From an uncultured Methanosarcinales archaeon (GTDB lineage: Archaea > Nanobdellota > Nanobdellia > Woesearchaeales > GW2011-AR15), in assembly GCA_964537195.1 (NCBI GenBank), contig CAZHYZ010000001.1, forward strand, positions 5,522 through 69,521: a stretch of 64,000 bases of DNA. Reading direction: 5' to 3'. Each line of letters begins with the position of its first letter. Within the stretch, counting starts at the first letter, position 1. Position numbers and translations under genes: made by a program. A model generated the notes under the pieces. It was not told the DNA's origin, searched no databases, and saw nothing but the letters and a program-made list of their open reading frames with translations. Positions 9,935-20,498 of this stretch are shown piece by piece.

Positions 9935-11119
9935 TCACCTTATGTCCTCTTTTACTACTTGTCCTGGAAATGTGGTTTTGTCTATCCAGATTTTTCTCCC
10001 AGGATAAATAGATGTATGAATTCCTGTATGTACGCTATCTCCAATAATTGCTCCAAGTTTTCTTCTTCTAGTATCAACCATGCTTTTTTTAACTGGAGAC
10101 ATAATGTTTTTTTCATCATGTCTTAGATTAGCAGTTATTGTTCCGGCTCCCAGATTAACATTTTCACCAATGACAGAATCTCCAACATATGATAAATGTC
10201 CTATACAAGTGTTTTTTCCAATAATTGAATTTTTAATTTCAACCCCGTTTCCGATTTTGCATCCGTTTTCTATGGTTGAGCATGGTCTAATGTAACAATT
10301 AGGTCCAATAGTACAATTGTCTCCTATTATAACTGGTCCTTCTATATATGCTCCTGATTTTATTATTGTATTTTTTCCAATAACAATGGGGTTTTTCAAT
10401 ACAGCACCTTTTTCAACAACAGCTTTGTTTTTTCCTTTTAGAGATTTCATAAAAAATTCATTTGCATCCAACAAACTCCAAGGGAAAGTTATAGGAAACC
10501 AGTATTCCTTGACTGTCTCAAAAAAGACCTTTTTTTCATCCTTAATTAGGAAATTAATATAGTCTGTAATTTCATATTCACCCCTAGCAGATTTTTTTAG
10601 TTTATATGAAAAAATCTCTTTTGTAAAAACATATAATCCTGTATTGGCTAATCCAGGTTTCTCCATTAATGGCTTCTCTTTTATGTCCATTACTTGGTTA
10701 TCTTTTATATCTATTTGTCCAAAATTCCTAACATCTTCAACTTCTTTTACAAGAATACAAAAATCATGTTTTAAACACCCCTTTATATCTTTTCTGGAAA
10801 ACAAATCATCTCCATTTACAACTAAAAATTTATCTTTAAGCAAGTCTTTAGCAAGCACTATAGCTTTTCCTGTTCCTTCTGCTTGTTTTTGTTCAATATA
10901 TTTTATCTTTATACTCCCATATTTTTGACCAACCTCTTTTTTTATCAAATCCGACTTAAATCCCACGATAATTATGGCTTCTTTCACTATTCCTTGTAAC
11001 TGTTCTAATGTGTGTTTTAAGATAGGTTTATTGCATATTTTTAATAGTGGTTTTGGTTTTTCAATTGTCAAAGGATGAGTTCTTGTGGATTCTCCAGCAG
11101 CCATTATTATTGCTTGCAT
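9935..11119 (-). CDS. glmU: Bifunctional sugar-1-phosphate nucleotidylyltransferase / acetyltransferase (archaeal GlmU-like)
   Basis: N-terminal MAAGESTR nucleotidyltransferase motif plus a C-terminal left-handed beta-helix of hexapeptide repeats. Confidence 0.8.
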   Translation of the reverse strand: MQAIIMAAGESTRTHPLTIEKPKPLLKICNKPILKHTLEQLQGIVKEAIIIVGFKSDLIKKEVGQKYGSIKIKYIEQKQAEGTGKAIVLAKDLLKDKFLVVNGDDLFSRKDIKGCLKHDFCILVKEVEDVRNFGQIDIKDNQVMDIKEKPLMEKPGLANTGLYVFTKEIFSYKLKKSARGEYEITDYINFLIKDEKKVFFETVKEYWFPITFPWSLLDANEFFMKSLKGKNKAVVEKGAVLKNPIVIGKNTIIKSGAYIEGPVIIGDNCTIGPNCYIRPCSTIENGCKIGNGVEIKNSIIGKNTCIGHLSYVGDSVIGENVNLGAGTITANLRHDEKNIMSPVKKSMVDTRRRKLGAIIGDSVHTGIHTSIYPGRKIWIDKTTFPGQVVKEDIR

Positions 11120-11120
11120 T

Positions 11121-11897
11121 TTATTCCTCCTCCATTAATATATTTAATAATTCTGAATGAACTAGGCCATTTGTAGCAACAATTTTTGAATAGTCTTCTT
11201 TTATCTCATTTCCCCCTAAATCAGTCACTTCTCCTCCTGCTTCTTTTAATATTATTTGTCCGGCAGCTGTATCAACTTTCTTTATTCCAATCTCCCAGTA
11301 TCCGTCTAAACGACCAGTAGCAACATAACACATATCCAAAGCAGCACTTCCGCTTCTTCGCATTCCTTGAACTTTTTCAGCAACTTTTCTTAGGTACTCA
11401 AGGTTCTGCTTTCTGTGTTTATAAGGAAAGCCTGTTGCAATCAGACTTTTTTTAATAGAATCTATATTTGATACACTTATTTTCTTATTGTTTAGAAAAC
11501 TTCCACTTCCCAATTCTGCATAAAATAATTCTTTTAGATATGGTGCATAAACAACACCAACAATTGGTTTTTTATTTTTAAACAAAGCGAGAGATATGCT
11601 GAAAATCGGATAATTATGTGAGAATCCAGTTGTTCCATCGATAGGATCAATCACCCAAACATATTCTGCATTTTCATTAATGTTTTTTTGTTCTTCCATT
11701 ATAAAACCATGATTTGGAAATTTCTTTTTGATGATTGTCAATATTTTTTTCTCAGATTCAAGGTCTGCTTTTGTGACTAAGTTAAATTCACCTTTGTTTT
11801 TGATATTTTTTTCTTTTCCATAATAACTCATTACTATTTTCTCAGCTTCTTTTACTGCTTTTTTAGCAACATCTAAAAATTCTGACATATCAACCAA
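11121..11897 (-). CDS. suhB: Inositol monophosphatase / FBPase family protein (SuhB-like)
   Basis: WVIDPIDGTTGF metal-binding motif and the overall IMPase fold. Confidence 0.8.
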   Translation of the reverse strand: MVDMSEFLDVAKKAVKEAEKIVMSYYGKEKNIKNKGEFNLVTKADLESEKKILTIIKKKFPNHGFIMEEQKNINENAEYVWVIDPIDGTTGFSHNYPIFSISLALFKNKKPIVGVVYAPYLKELFYAELGSGSFLNNKKISVSNIDSIKKSLIATGFPYKHRKQNLEYLRKVAEKVQGMRRSGSAALDMCYVATGRLDGYWEIGIKKVDTAAGQIILKEAGGEVTDLGGNEIKEDYSKIVATNGLVHSELLNILMEEE

Positions 11898-13242
11898 CCT
11901 CTTTTTTTATTTCTTGAGCAATGTTGTCAGCCAATTTTCTTATTGTTTCTTTGTCTTTTCCTTCAATCATCACACGCGCTTTCATTTCAGTTCCAGAATA
12001 TCTGACTAGGTGTCTACCATTGTTACCTAATATTTTTTCAGCTTTCATAATTTCTTCCCTCACTTTTTTCATCCCACCCAAGGGAACTTTTTGTTTTACA
12101 TTCACATTGACCGTAATTTGTGGAAATTTTTTCAGCACAGAAGCTAATTCTGATAGTGATTTCTTGCTTTCTTTCATTATTCTTAGTATTTGTAAGCCAG
12201 CAATCATCCCATCTCCAGTGCTATTGTGATCTGAGAAAATTATGTGCCCGGAGAATTCACCACCTAGATTATAATCTCTTTTTAACATCTCTTCAATAAC
12301 ATATCTGTCTCCATTATTTGTTCTGACGACTTTTCCTCTGTGTTTTCTGATTAATGTGTCAAATGCAAGGTTAGTATAATGAGTTACAACCACAGTGTTT
12401 TTTTTAAGTGTTTTTTTATCCAACATATCAATAGCTGCGATTGCTAAAACATAATCTCCATCGAGAATTTTTCCTTTGTTATCCACCATTATTATTCTGT
12501 CTGCATCACCGTCTAAGGATATCCCAACATCTGCCTTGTGTTTTATAACCCCTTTCTTAGTAAGTTCTGGATGAAGAGCACCACAGTTTTTGTTTATATT
12601 AACACCGTCGGGTTGATTACTCAAAACAATTACTTTTGCACCCAGTTCAGACAAGATTAATGGAGCAACTTTATATGCTGCACCGTTTGCACAATCTAAT
12701 ACAATCTTTAGTCCTTCTAAAGAAACATTATTAATAGAACTTTTTGCAAATTCAATATATCTTCCTTGTGCATCATCTATTCTTTTTGCTCTACCTATGT
12801 TGTCAGAATCAACATGGTCTGTATTCATCTCATCATTTAAAACAAGTTTTTCAATCTCGGCTTCAATCTTATCAGGCAATTTGTGACCCTTAGAATCAAA
12901 GAATTTTATTCCATTATCATAATAGGGATTGTGGCTTGCAGATATCATTATGCCAGCATCTGCATTAAAAGATCTCACCAAATGTGCAACTCCCGGAGTA
13001 GGACAAGGACCAACTAACAAAACATTTGCTCCCATAGAAGTCAATCCAGAAGTTAGGGCATTCTCTAACATATAACAAGAAGCACGGGTATCTTTTCCTA
13101 TCAAAAACAAGGGTTTTTTCTTACCCTTAGTTAGTACTCTTGCTGCAGCTTTACCTAGTCTTAATGCTATTTCTGCAGTTATTGGATATTTATTGGCGGG
13201 CCCTCTTACCCCGTCAGTTCCAAATAGTTTTTTCATGGGCAT
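11890..13242 (-). CDS. glmM: Phosphoglucosamine mutase / phosphohexomutase
   Basis: GTDGVRG N-terminal motif and SASHNP active-site serine loop; overlaps the suhB start by 8 nt. Confidence 0.85.
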   Translation of the reverse strand: MPMKKLFGTDGVRGPANKYPITAEIALRLGKAAARVLTKGKKKPLFLIGKDTRASCYMLENALTSGLTSMGANVLLVGPCPTPGVAHLVRSFNADAGIMISASHNPYYDNGIKFFDSKGHKLPDKIEAEIEKLVLNDEMNTDHVDSDNIGRAKRIDDAQGRYIEFAKSSINNVSLEGLKIVLDCANGAAYKVAPLILSELGAKVIVLSNQPDGVNINKNCGALHPELTKKGVIKHKADVGISLDGDADRIIMVDNKGKILDGDYVLAIAAIDMLDKKTLKKNTVVVTHYTNLAFDTLIRKHRGKVVRTNNGDRYVIEEMLKRDYNLGGEFSGHIIFSDHNSTGDGMIAGLQILRIMKESKKSLSELASVLKKFPQITVNVNVKQKVPLGGMKKVREEIMKAEKILGNNGRHLVRYSGTEMKARVMIEGKDKETIRKLADNIAQEIKKEVG

Positions 13243-13469
13243 AAAGTATTAGCTTTCTTTTAAAAGCTTAATTAAAATATATTTTATAATTATATTATAA
13301 AATAAAGAAAAAGAACCTTTTTTACTATTTTTGAATATATTTGTGTTTTAGAAAATAAAAAAAAAGGTTTATAGTCTTTTAATTATTATATAGAAGGAAT
13401 TAGGACTTTATTTTATTTTTGATTATTATAAAAAACTATATAAATATTATAACTATTCTTATAATAAAA
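13243..13469. promoter_or_regulatory. Divergent AT-rich intergenic region, probably holding promoters for the glmM operon (minus) and the wHTH gene (plus)
   Basis: About 225 bp at over 85% AT with several TATA-like TTTATA/TTATATA boxes on both strands; no ORF. Confidence 0.25.
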
Positions 13470-14396
13470 ATGAAAGCATACATTGCAAAAGAAAAAGACG
13501 GCAAACTTGTTTACGACAATTGTATTATTGTAGAGAATCCTGCAGCACTTAAGATAATAGATCATCCAATAAGACTTCAAATATTAAATTTGTTAGCAAA
13601 AAAACCAATGTATCCTGCAGAGTTAGCTAAGGAACTCAAAATGCATGAACAGAAAGTATATTATCACATCAAACAGATGACAAATTCTGGTTTATTAGAC
13701 GTTGTTGAGAAGGAAGAGATAAGGGGGACAGTAGCAAAGAAACTCTCTCCCAAAGTATTAAATTTTGCATTTACCTTATCAGAGGATTGGTCGGATTTGC
13801 GATCCTTATTTGAAGAAAAAGATAAAGATATTGTAAATTTCTTAAATCCTTTTGTTCATGAAGGAAAAATGAGTTCATCTGTTGTTGTAGGTTCTCCAGA
13901 TCCTCATGGTCCACATAAAGCCAGAGCAAGAGATGGACACTATGCAATTGATTTGGCACTTTTTTTGGGAGCGTTTGCAGATATGAACAAGGATTTCTCA
14001 ACAAAGTTAGATGTAGATGTAGATCTAAAACAAGAAGGCAATTTTATACTTGTTGGTGGTCCAGTCACAAATCTGCTCGTATCTAAAGTAAATGATTTTT
14101 TACCTGCAAAATTTTCAGATAAGAAACCGTGGGGAATTATCTCAAACAAAAAAACATATACAGAGGAATCGGTTGGACTTATTTCTAGAATACCAAACCC
14201 CTATAATCCAAAATATTTCATAATGGTTATAGCCGGAATTAGATTTATAGGTACAAAAGCATCTGTTCTTGCCTTGACTAGACACACAAATGAAGTAATC
14301 TATAGATATTCAGGTCAAAAAGAGTTTTATTCTATTGTACAAGGATTTGACATGGCTGGAGATGGAAAGATAGACAACATAGAGGTTCTAGAATAA
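13470..14396 (+). CDS. Winged-helix (ArsR/TrmB-like) DNA-binding protein with a C-terminal domain of unknown function
   Basis: LQILNLLAKKPMYPAELAKELKMHEQKVYYHIKQM is a typical wHTH; start moved from TTG at 13419 to the in-frame ATG (MKAYIAK). Confidence 0.45.
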   Translation: MKAYIAKEKDGKLVYDNCIIVENPAALKIIDHPIRLQILNLLAKKPMYPAELAKELKMHEQKVYYHIKQMTNSGLLDVVEKEEIRGTVAKKLSPKVLNFAFTLSEDWSDLRSLFEEKDKDIVNFLNPFVHEGKMSSSVVVGSPDPHGPHKARARDGHYAIDLALFLGAFADMNKDFSTKLDVDVDLKQEGNFILVGGPVTNLLVSKVNDFLPAKFSDKKPWGIISNKKTYTEESVGLISRIPNPYNPKYFIMVIAGIRFIGTKASVLALTRHTNEVIYRYSGQKEFYSIVQGFDMAGDGKIDNIEVLE

Positions 14397-14837
14397 TTAA
14401 TCTGTATAAACTACTTCAATCTTATGTCCAACTTCCAAAGCCTCAACCTTACATGTATCAAAAATCTCTACATCTAAGTTTTCTCTGATTTTTTCTTTAG
14501 AATAGCCTCTCTTTTCAAGTCTTTCTTTTAATGTCTTAAGGTCGCATTTTGTAATAATACATTTATCTACTTTTCCGGGTGGCAAATAATGGGATAAATG
14601 AGAATCAATCACTAATCCTTTTTCTCTACTATCCTCAATAAGTTTAAGCAGGATTGTATTTAATTTATCTGTATCAACAACAAAAGTTTGTCTTTTTTTA
14701 TCATATGTTTCCTTTAGTTTTTTTTGTTCAATAATCTCTTTAACATCAACATAATTGTAATCCTTTTTTTTAGCTAATTTCTTTGCATATGTTGTTTTTC
14801 CTGTTCCTGGCGTTCCAGAAACGATTATGACTTTCAT
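14397..14837 (-). CDS. Adenylate kinase-like P-loop NTPase (AK6/Fap7-like)
   Basis: MKVIIVSGTPGTGKTTYAKKLA Walker A motif and about 145 aa size; the internal Met is preferred over the upstream extension. Confidence 0.6.
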   Translation of the reverse strand: MKVIIVSGTPGTGKTTYAKKLAKKKDYNYVDVKEIIEQKKLKETYDKKRQTFVVDTDKLNTILLKLIEDSREKGLVIDSHLSHYLPPGKVDKCIITKCDLKTLKERLEKRGYSKEKIRENLDVEIFDTCKVEALEVGHKIEVVYTD

Positions 14838-14915
14838 GTTTTGTCTGAGTAGAAACAAATATAAAAAACTATTTAAATAATCTAATAATGTATAATATAC
14901 AGTTAAAAATCAAAT

Positions 14916-15197
14916 TTGGAGGGATATCCTATGTTAAAAATGAAAAGAATTTCAGAAGTTTATGATATGAAGGTTTTCACTGATCAAGGAGATTATTTTG
15001 GAGACATAGATGAAGCAATTGTCACAACAAATAAAATCTCCGGTTGGAGAGTCAAAGCAACAAAGAACTCATTCCTAAATCAAGTTTTAGGTAGTGCCAA
15101 AGGAGTTATTGTTCCGCATCCTCTTGTAAAGGCAACAGGAGACATAATGATTATAAATAAATCTGCTGTGCCTTCCTACAACCCAGAGGAAGAATAA
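14916..15197 (+). CDS. PRC-barrel domain protein
   Basis: 93 aa, YDMKVFTDQGDYFGDIDEAIV pattern typical of archaeal PRC-barrel proteins. Confidence 0.5.
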   Translation: MEGYPMLKMKRISEVYDMKVFTDQGDYFGDIDEAIVTTNKISGWRVKATKNSFLNQVLGSAKGVIVPHPLVKATGDIMIINKSAVPSYNPEEE

Positions 15198-15208
15198 GTG
15201 TTCTTCCT

Positions 15209-16597
15209 TTAATTAGAAAAAAAGGCCTTATAGGCCTTATAAGTTTCATACAAATCTACTTTTGATAACACTTCTCTTGGAGAATGCATTCCAAGCACGG
15301 GTGGACCCATATCTACAGTATCCATCCCATATCTTGACATGAATAAAGCAATGGTTCCTCCTCCCCCCATATCAACCTTTCCCAATTCCCCAGTTTGCCA
15401 TTTTATCTTGTTTTTTGTTAGGATTTGTCTTATCTTGTTCATATATTCTGCAGAAGCATCATTTGCACTGTACTTTCCACCAGAGCCAGTGTACTTTTCA
15501 ACAACTACACCATTGCCTAAAATGGCAGCATTTTTTTCTTCATGCACCTCTGAAAAACTTGGATTTATTCCAGAACCCACATCAGCACTTATTGCATTTG
15601 AGTTTCTTAGGATCTCTTCTGCAGAAATATTTAACTTTAGTTTTTTCCCTAGCATCTCAGCAAAGTCAAGCAAAATAAAACTGTATGCTCCTGTGTTTCC
15701 TATAGACCCTATCTCTTCTTTATCTGAGAAGTAAGATACAACTGTGTCTTCTGTGGTTTTTATTTGTAAGATAGCTTGTAGACTAGCAAAAGAGCAAGCT
15801 TTGTCATCTTGTCCATATCCTGCAATTAGAGATTTATCAAAACCAATATCTTTTGGATTTTCAGCAGGAACAAAAGTAAGTTCGGCAAAATTAAAATCCT
15901 CCTCAATAATTCCATATTCTTTATTTAATATTTCCAGAACATTTAACTTAATCTTTTCCTTAACTTTTTTGTCATCTATAGGTATGTTTCCGAGGTAAAC
16001 ATTAAGCTGTTCTGCCTCAACAATTTCATTTCCAGATTTTTCAAGTTGTTTTTTTGCAAGGTGCGGTAACAAATCAGATGCAATAAACCTTGGATCTTTT
16101 TGTTTTTCACCTATGGCAAACTCAATCTTCTTTCCAGCCTTTGTATGTAGGACACCATATAATGCCAGGTCAACATTTGTCCATTGGTATTTTTTTATTC
16201 CACCATAATAATGTGTTTTCATTAAGGACAATCCTTTGTCTTCATATATCGGGTGTGGTTTGATATCTAATCTTGGAGAATCAAGATGAGATCCTATAAG
16301 TCTCAGACAAGGATTTTTTCCAATAACAGCACAGATAACAGATTTCTCTTTTTGATTTAAATATACTTTGTCACCTTTTTTCAGTTCTTTTTGTTTACTT
16401 ATATCTTTAAATCCAGCTTTCTTCAGATGAAACAATATTGTCTTTACTGCTGTTCTTTCTGTTTTTGAACAACTAAGGAATTGTTTATATTCTTCTGCAA
16501 AGTCAAACACATTGTTTTTTTCAGATGAAACCCAAGCAGATTTTTTTTCTTTGAATAGTTTTTCTTGTAGTTTTTGATATTTTGTTTTTTCACCCAT
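15209..16597 (-). CDS. M18 family aminopeptidase (aspartyl aminopeptidase-like)
   Basis: GSHLDSPRLDIKP (M18 HxDSP motif), GQDDKACSFA, a C-terminal GMHSPRE-like metal site; 462 aa. Confidence 0.75.
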   Translation of the reverse strand: MGEKTKYQKLQEKLFKEKKSAWVSSEKNNVFDFAEEYKQFLSCSKTERTAVKTILFHLKKAGFKDISKQKELKKGDKVYLNQKEKSVICAVIGKNPCLRLIGSHLDSPRLDIKPHPIYEDKGLSLMKTHYYGGIKKYQWTNVDLALYGVLHTKAGKKIEFAIGEKQKDPRFIASDLLPHLAKKQLEKSGNEIVEAEQLNVYLGNIPIDDKKVKEKIKLNVLEILNKEYGIIEEDFNFAELTFVPAENPKDIGFDKSLIAGYGQDDKACSFASLQAILQIKTTEDTVVSYFSDKEEIGSIGNTGAYSFILLDFAEMLGKKLKLNISAEEILRNSNAISADVGSGINPSFSEVHEEKNAAILGNGVVVEKYTGSGGKYSANDASAEYMNKIRQILTKNKIKWQTGELGKVDMGGGGTIALFMSRYGMDTVDMGPPVLGMHSPREVLSKVDLYETYKAYKAFFSN

Positions 16598-16620
16598 CTA
16601 TTTCACCTTTTCTTACAATA

Positions 16621-17469
16621 TTAAATTTTATTATAAATTTTTTGAAGCATCATTGCATCTTCTTCAATGTTTGGACTCTCACAAACAACACTGCCTTTTA
16701 TATTGAATTCTTTCCAAACTTTCAACAAATCTTCATATTTCATATCAGATTCTTGTAAATTAACATGGTTCTTTTCTCCTTTTTCTCCATACTCTATTCC
16801 GGAAACATGTAAATGCATATTATCAAGACCTTCTCTTCCAAGACTTTTTTCGGTCAATTCTAACACTTCTTTAAATTCTTTTTTTGAGTTGTATTTTCCA
16901 TTTGTTCTAGCATGGAGATGAGAAAAGTCAATAACGGGCATAACCCCATCAACTTCTTGGCTTATTCTTAGCAATTCATTTAAGTTTCCGAACTGTGTGC
17001 GCTTTCCTGTTGTTTCTGGTCTTATCCAGACATCTACTCCTTTTTCGTCTAATTTTTCTCTTACTTCTTTTATTCTCTTTTTTATGTTTTCATAAACAGT
17101 GTCTTTTTCCATTTTAAGATAGTGTCCTGGATGAAAACACACACTCCAACCACCACACATATACAATGTCTCAGCAGATTTTTCAATCCTATACATACTA
17201 GCATATACTTTCTGCTTTTCCTTAGCATTTAGGTTAATATAATAGGGGGCATGACATGTTAAGAAAACATTATGTTTTTCTGCCTGCCTTTTAACTTCTG
17301 GAGCCTTTTCTTTAGATATGTTAATTCTCCTAACAAACTCAAGTTCCATAGCATCTAATCCTAGATTTCTTACAGCCCTTATTCCTTCTAATGTGTCTCC
17401 TCCCTTGGCATTTCTAGGTATTCCTGCAGATGAAAACATTAATTTTTTTGGTTTTTTCATATGTTGCAC
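16621..17469 (-). CDS. nfo: Endonuclease IV-like / xylose-isomerase-like TIM-barrel protein
   Basis: CHAPYYINLNAKE resembles the Endo IV HAPYLINL motif; further His-rich metal-site segments (VCFHPGHY, DFSHLHAR). Confidence 0.55.
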   Translation of the reverse strand: MQHMKKPKKLMFSSAGIPRNAKGGDTLEGIRAVRNLGLDAMELEFVRRINISKEKAPEVKRQAEKHNVFLTCHAPYYINLNAKEKQKVYASMYRIEKSAETLYMCGGWSVCFHPGHYLKMEKDTVYENIKKRIKEVREKLDEKGVDVWIRPETTGKRTQFGNLNELLRISQEVDGVMPVIDFSHLHARTNGKYNSKKEFKEVLELTEKSLGREGLDNMHLHVSGIEYGEKGEKNHVNLQESDMKYEDLLKVWKEFNIKGSVVCESPNIEEDAMMLQKIYNKI

Positions 17470-17524
17470 TAAATTCTCAGCACTATTTAAAATTATGTTA
17501 AAATAAAGGATAGATAAGAAAAAC

Positions 17525-19804
17525 TTAGCCGAAATATGCTGGCTTATTTTCTTTCATCTCTTCTCCGCGAGCCGCACTGAATTGTTTTAATATGTCTTTG
17601 TAAGCCTTTGCTACTTCTTTTGAGACACTCGGAGAAACTTTTTTTAGGGCATCTTCAAAATGTTTTGCCTTTATCTTCTTTGCTTTCAGATCTTTTCTTA
17701 GTGCAAGAATTGCAGCCTCCTTACATATCGCTTCAATGTCTGCTCCAACATATCCTTCTGTTTTTTCTGCGAGTTCTTCAATTTTTACAGATTTATCAAG
17801 AGGCATACCTTTTGTATGTATGTTGAATATTTCTTGTCTAGCTTTTTTGTTTGGTGCAGGAGCCAGAATAATTCTATCAAATCTACCTGGTCTCAAAAGA
17901 GCCGTATCGACAATATCTGGCCTGTTTGTTGCTCCAAGAATTACAATATTATGTAGATCAACAAGTCCATCCATTTCTGTTAAAAGCTGATTAACCACCC
18001 TTTCTGAAACATGACTATCCGAGCTAGCACCCCTTCTTGGAGCAAGGGAATCAATTTCATCAAAAAAGATTATTGCAGGAGAAGTTTGTCTTGCTTTTTC
18101 AAATATTTTTCTTACTGCTTTTTCTGATTCACCCACCCATTTGCTCAACAATTCAGGTCCTTTAACTAATATGAAGTTTGCCTTGCTTTCATTTGCGACA
18201 GCTTTTGCGAGCAGTGTTTTTCCTGTTCCGGGAGGCCCATATAAAAGAATTCCTTTTGGTGGTTTTATTCCCATTCTCTCAAACACCTCTGGATGTTGCA
18301 AGGGCCATTCTACTGCCTCAACAAGTTCTTGTTGAACATCACTAAGACCACCCACATCTTTCCATTTAACATCAGGAACTTCAATGAACACTTCTCTTAA
18401 TGCACTAGGTCTCACTACTCTAAGGGCTTCAACAAAATCTTTTTTTGTAACTTTTAGTTTTTCAAGAATTTCTCTTGGAATTGGTTGGTCTTCTTCTAAT
18501 TTTAATTCAGGATATATGTTTCTAAGTAGATTCATAGCAGCCTCTTTTGCTAGTGCCGCAAGATCTGCCCCCACAAAACCATGGGTTATATCTGCAAATT
18601 CTTTTAGGTCAACATTTTTTGCAAGTGGCATGTGTCTTGTGTGAATCCTTAAAATTTTATGCCTGCCTTCTTGGTCAGGAACACCAATCTCAAGTTCTCT
18701 GTCAAATCTCCCCGGTCTTCTAAGGGCAGGATCTAATTCATTAGGAATGTTGGTTGCTCCTATAACAATTACTTTACCACGACTTTTTAGACCATCCATC
18801 AATGCCAATAACTGAGCTACAACCCTTCTCTCTACCTCTCCTTTTGATTCTTCTCTCTTGCTGGCTATTGCATCAATTTCATCTATGAATATTATTGTTG
18901 GAGCATTTTTCTCTGCTTCTTCAAATTTTTTTCTTAAGTTTTCTTCTGATTGTCCATAATATTTACTCATAATCTCTGGACCATTAATAAGAATGAAATT
19001 TGCTGCTGTTTCGTTTGCCACGGCTTTTGCAAGCAAAGTTTTTCCTGTTCCGGGAGGTCCATGTAACAAGACACCTTTTGGTGGCTCTATTCCTAGAGCT
19101 TCAAACAACTCGGGGTGTTTTAATGGTAACTCAACCATCTCTCTTATTTTCTTAATCTCGTCATGTAATCCACCAATGTCTTCATAAGTTACTTCTAATA
19201 ATCTTTCTTCGGAAACTTCAGTTGCCTCTGGGTTGAATTTGACTTCTGTTTGTTCAGTTATAAGTACAGGCTGTTTTGGATTTGTATCAACAACCACAAA
19301 TTTTAAATCTCCAAGACCAAAACCCACAAGACTTTCATCTAACATGTTAAAGAAATCTTCTCCAAATAATGGATTAGAGGACATTGCAGAACGTCTTCTT
19401 CTTGTTCCACCCAAAGAAACAATATCACCTTTACTTACGGCCCTTCCTAATAAACCTTGTTTGAAAATCACAGGATTTGCTCTTATTACAATTCCTTTTC
19501 TTTGAGGAGCAATAACAACTTTTTTAGCTTCTACAACTTCAGCTTTTCTTATAGTTACTATCTCACCTATACCTGCCTTGGCATTTCTTCTAATTAGTCC
19601 GTCCATCCTAATTATGTTTAGACCAATATCTCCAGGATAAGCCCTGTCTGTGACAGCCACAGTAGTTCTTTCTCCTTTTATTTCAACAATATCTCCTGGA
19701 CGTATACCTAATTCATGCATAAAACTACTATCTACACGAACAACGCCTTTATTCACATCATCTTGAATTGCTTCTGCAACTTTGAGTTTGAGTTCTTTAG
19801 CCAT
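17525..19804 (-). CDS. cdc48: AAA+ ATPase Cdc48/VCP (VAT)
   Basis: N-domain plus two AAA modules, each with GPPGTGKT Walker A, DEIDA Walker B and SRH motifs; 759 aa. Confidence 0.95.
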   Translation of the reverse strand: MAKELKLKVAEAIQDDVNKGVVRVDSSFMHELGIRPGDIVEIKGERTTVAVTDRAYPGDIGLNIIRMDGLIRRNAKAGIGEIVTIRKAEVVEAKKVVIAPQRKGIVIRANPVIFKQGLLGRAVSKGDIVSLGGTRRRRSAMSSNPLFGEDFFNMLDESLVGFGLGDLKFVVVDTNPKQPVLITEQTEVKFNPEATEVSEERLLEVTYEDIGGLHDEIKKIREMVELPLKHPELFEALGIEPPKGVLLHGPPGTGKTLLAKAVANETAANFILINGPEIMSKYYGQSEENLRKKFEEAEKNAPTIIFIDEIDAIASKREESKGEVERRVVAQLLALMDGLKSRGKVIVIGATNIPNELDPALRRPGRFDRELEIGVPDQEGRHKILRIHTRHMPLAKNVDLKEFADITHGFVGADLAALAKEAAMNLLRNIYPELKLEEDQPIPREILEKLKVTKKDFVEALRVVRPSALREVFIEVPDVKWKDVGGLSDVQQELVEAVEWPLQHPEVFERMGIKPPKGILLYGPPGTGKTLLAKAVANESKANFILVKGPELLSKWVGESEKAVRKIFEKARQTSPAIIFFDEIDSLAPRRGASSDSHVSERVVNQLLTEMDGLVDLHNIVILGATNRPDIVDTALLRPGRFDRIILAPAPNKKARQEIFNIHTKGMPLDKSVKIEELAEKTEGYVGADIEAICKEAAILALRKDLKAKKIKAKHFEDALKKVSPSVSKEVAKAYKDILKQFSAARGEEMKENKPAYFG

Positions 19805-19889
19805 TACATTATCACCTATAAATAAAAAATTCTAATATTTTAATAAAGGTATCGTTTAGATTAATCTAATAATACAAAAAGAAAAACCC

Positions 19890-20294
19890 TTATCCTTGCA
19901 ATTTGGGCATCGGTATGTGTGGTGGTAGTTGCATATCCCTTCCTAACACAAGAGCCTCTATGTTACATTTGGCTAAGACATGATTATAGACTTCCTCTGC
20001 AACATCTTTGTCTAATTTTTTGTCCTTGTTCCATTTTTTTAAGATGCCATCTATTTTTGTATCTTTTCCTAAATAAACAACAGCACCTTCTAAGTCTAGA
20101 TTAGCAACATCTGGCTGATATCTTGTCTTATAATGGAAAGAGAATTCTGCACCTTTCTGTTTAGAATTGCCCATATTGACTTTGGCTTCCTTAACATTAG
20201 TAATCACAATGTTGTTGTTGACATTAATTTTACCTGTAGCTGCTTTTTTCTTTTCAGCGGATATTTTTTTAAAATGAAATCCTATAACTGCCAT
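19890..20294 (-). CDS. Conserved hypothetical protein
   Basis: 134-aa ORF with reasonable coding composition in an isolated context; no family recognised. Confidence 0.3.
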   Translation of the reverse strand: MAVIGFHFKKISAEKKKAATGKINVNNNIVITNVKEAKVNMGNSKQKGAEFSFHYKTRYQPDVANLDLEGAVVYLGKDTKIDGILKKWNKDKKLDKDVAEEVYNHVLAKCNIEALVLGRDMQLPPHIPMPKLQG

Positions 20295-20346
20295 TTTATC
20301 ACCTGTGTTCGAAATTCTTTGTTAATTTATAAAAATATCTGAAAAA

Positions 20347-20436
20347 AGCCCGCCTGCTGAAATATCAGGGACGCAAAGTTTTGTTGGACACAGTCCTTTG
20401 TATTTTTAGAGCCCCTTGAACTCCAGTTGGGCAGGC
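20347..20436. ncRNA. Candidate structured small RNA or leader (GC-rich nested hairpins) in a divergent intergenic region
   Basis: A local GC-rich island in AT-rich DNA; GCCTGC...GCAGGC closing helix with inner helices GCAAAG/CTTTG and GGAC-ACA-GTCC; strand undetermined. Confidence 0.2.
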
Positions 20437-20498
20437 AATACTATGTTAGTAATATTAATTTATAAAGCTTTTTATTATAGCTTACTTTACTCACAAAC

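Noticed and set aside
17608-19505. Several 60-90-aa plus-strand ORFs inside the cdc48 locus
   Set aside because: They are antisense shadows of a well-supported 759-aa AAA ATPase gene. They are Ser/Leu/Phe-rich and have no motif support.
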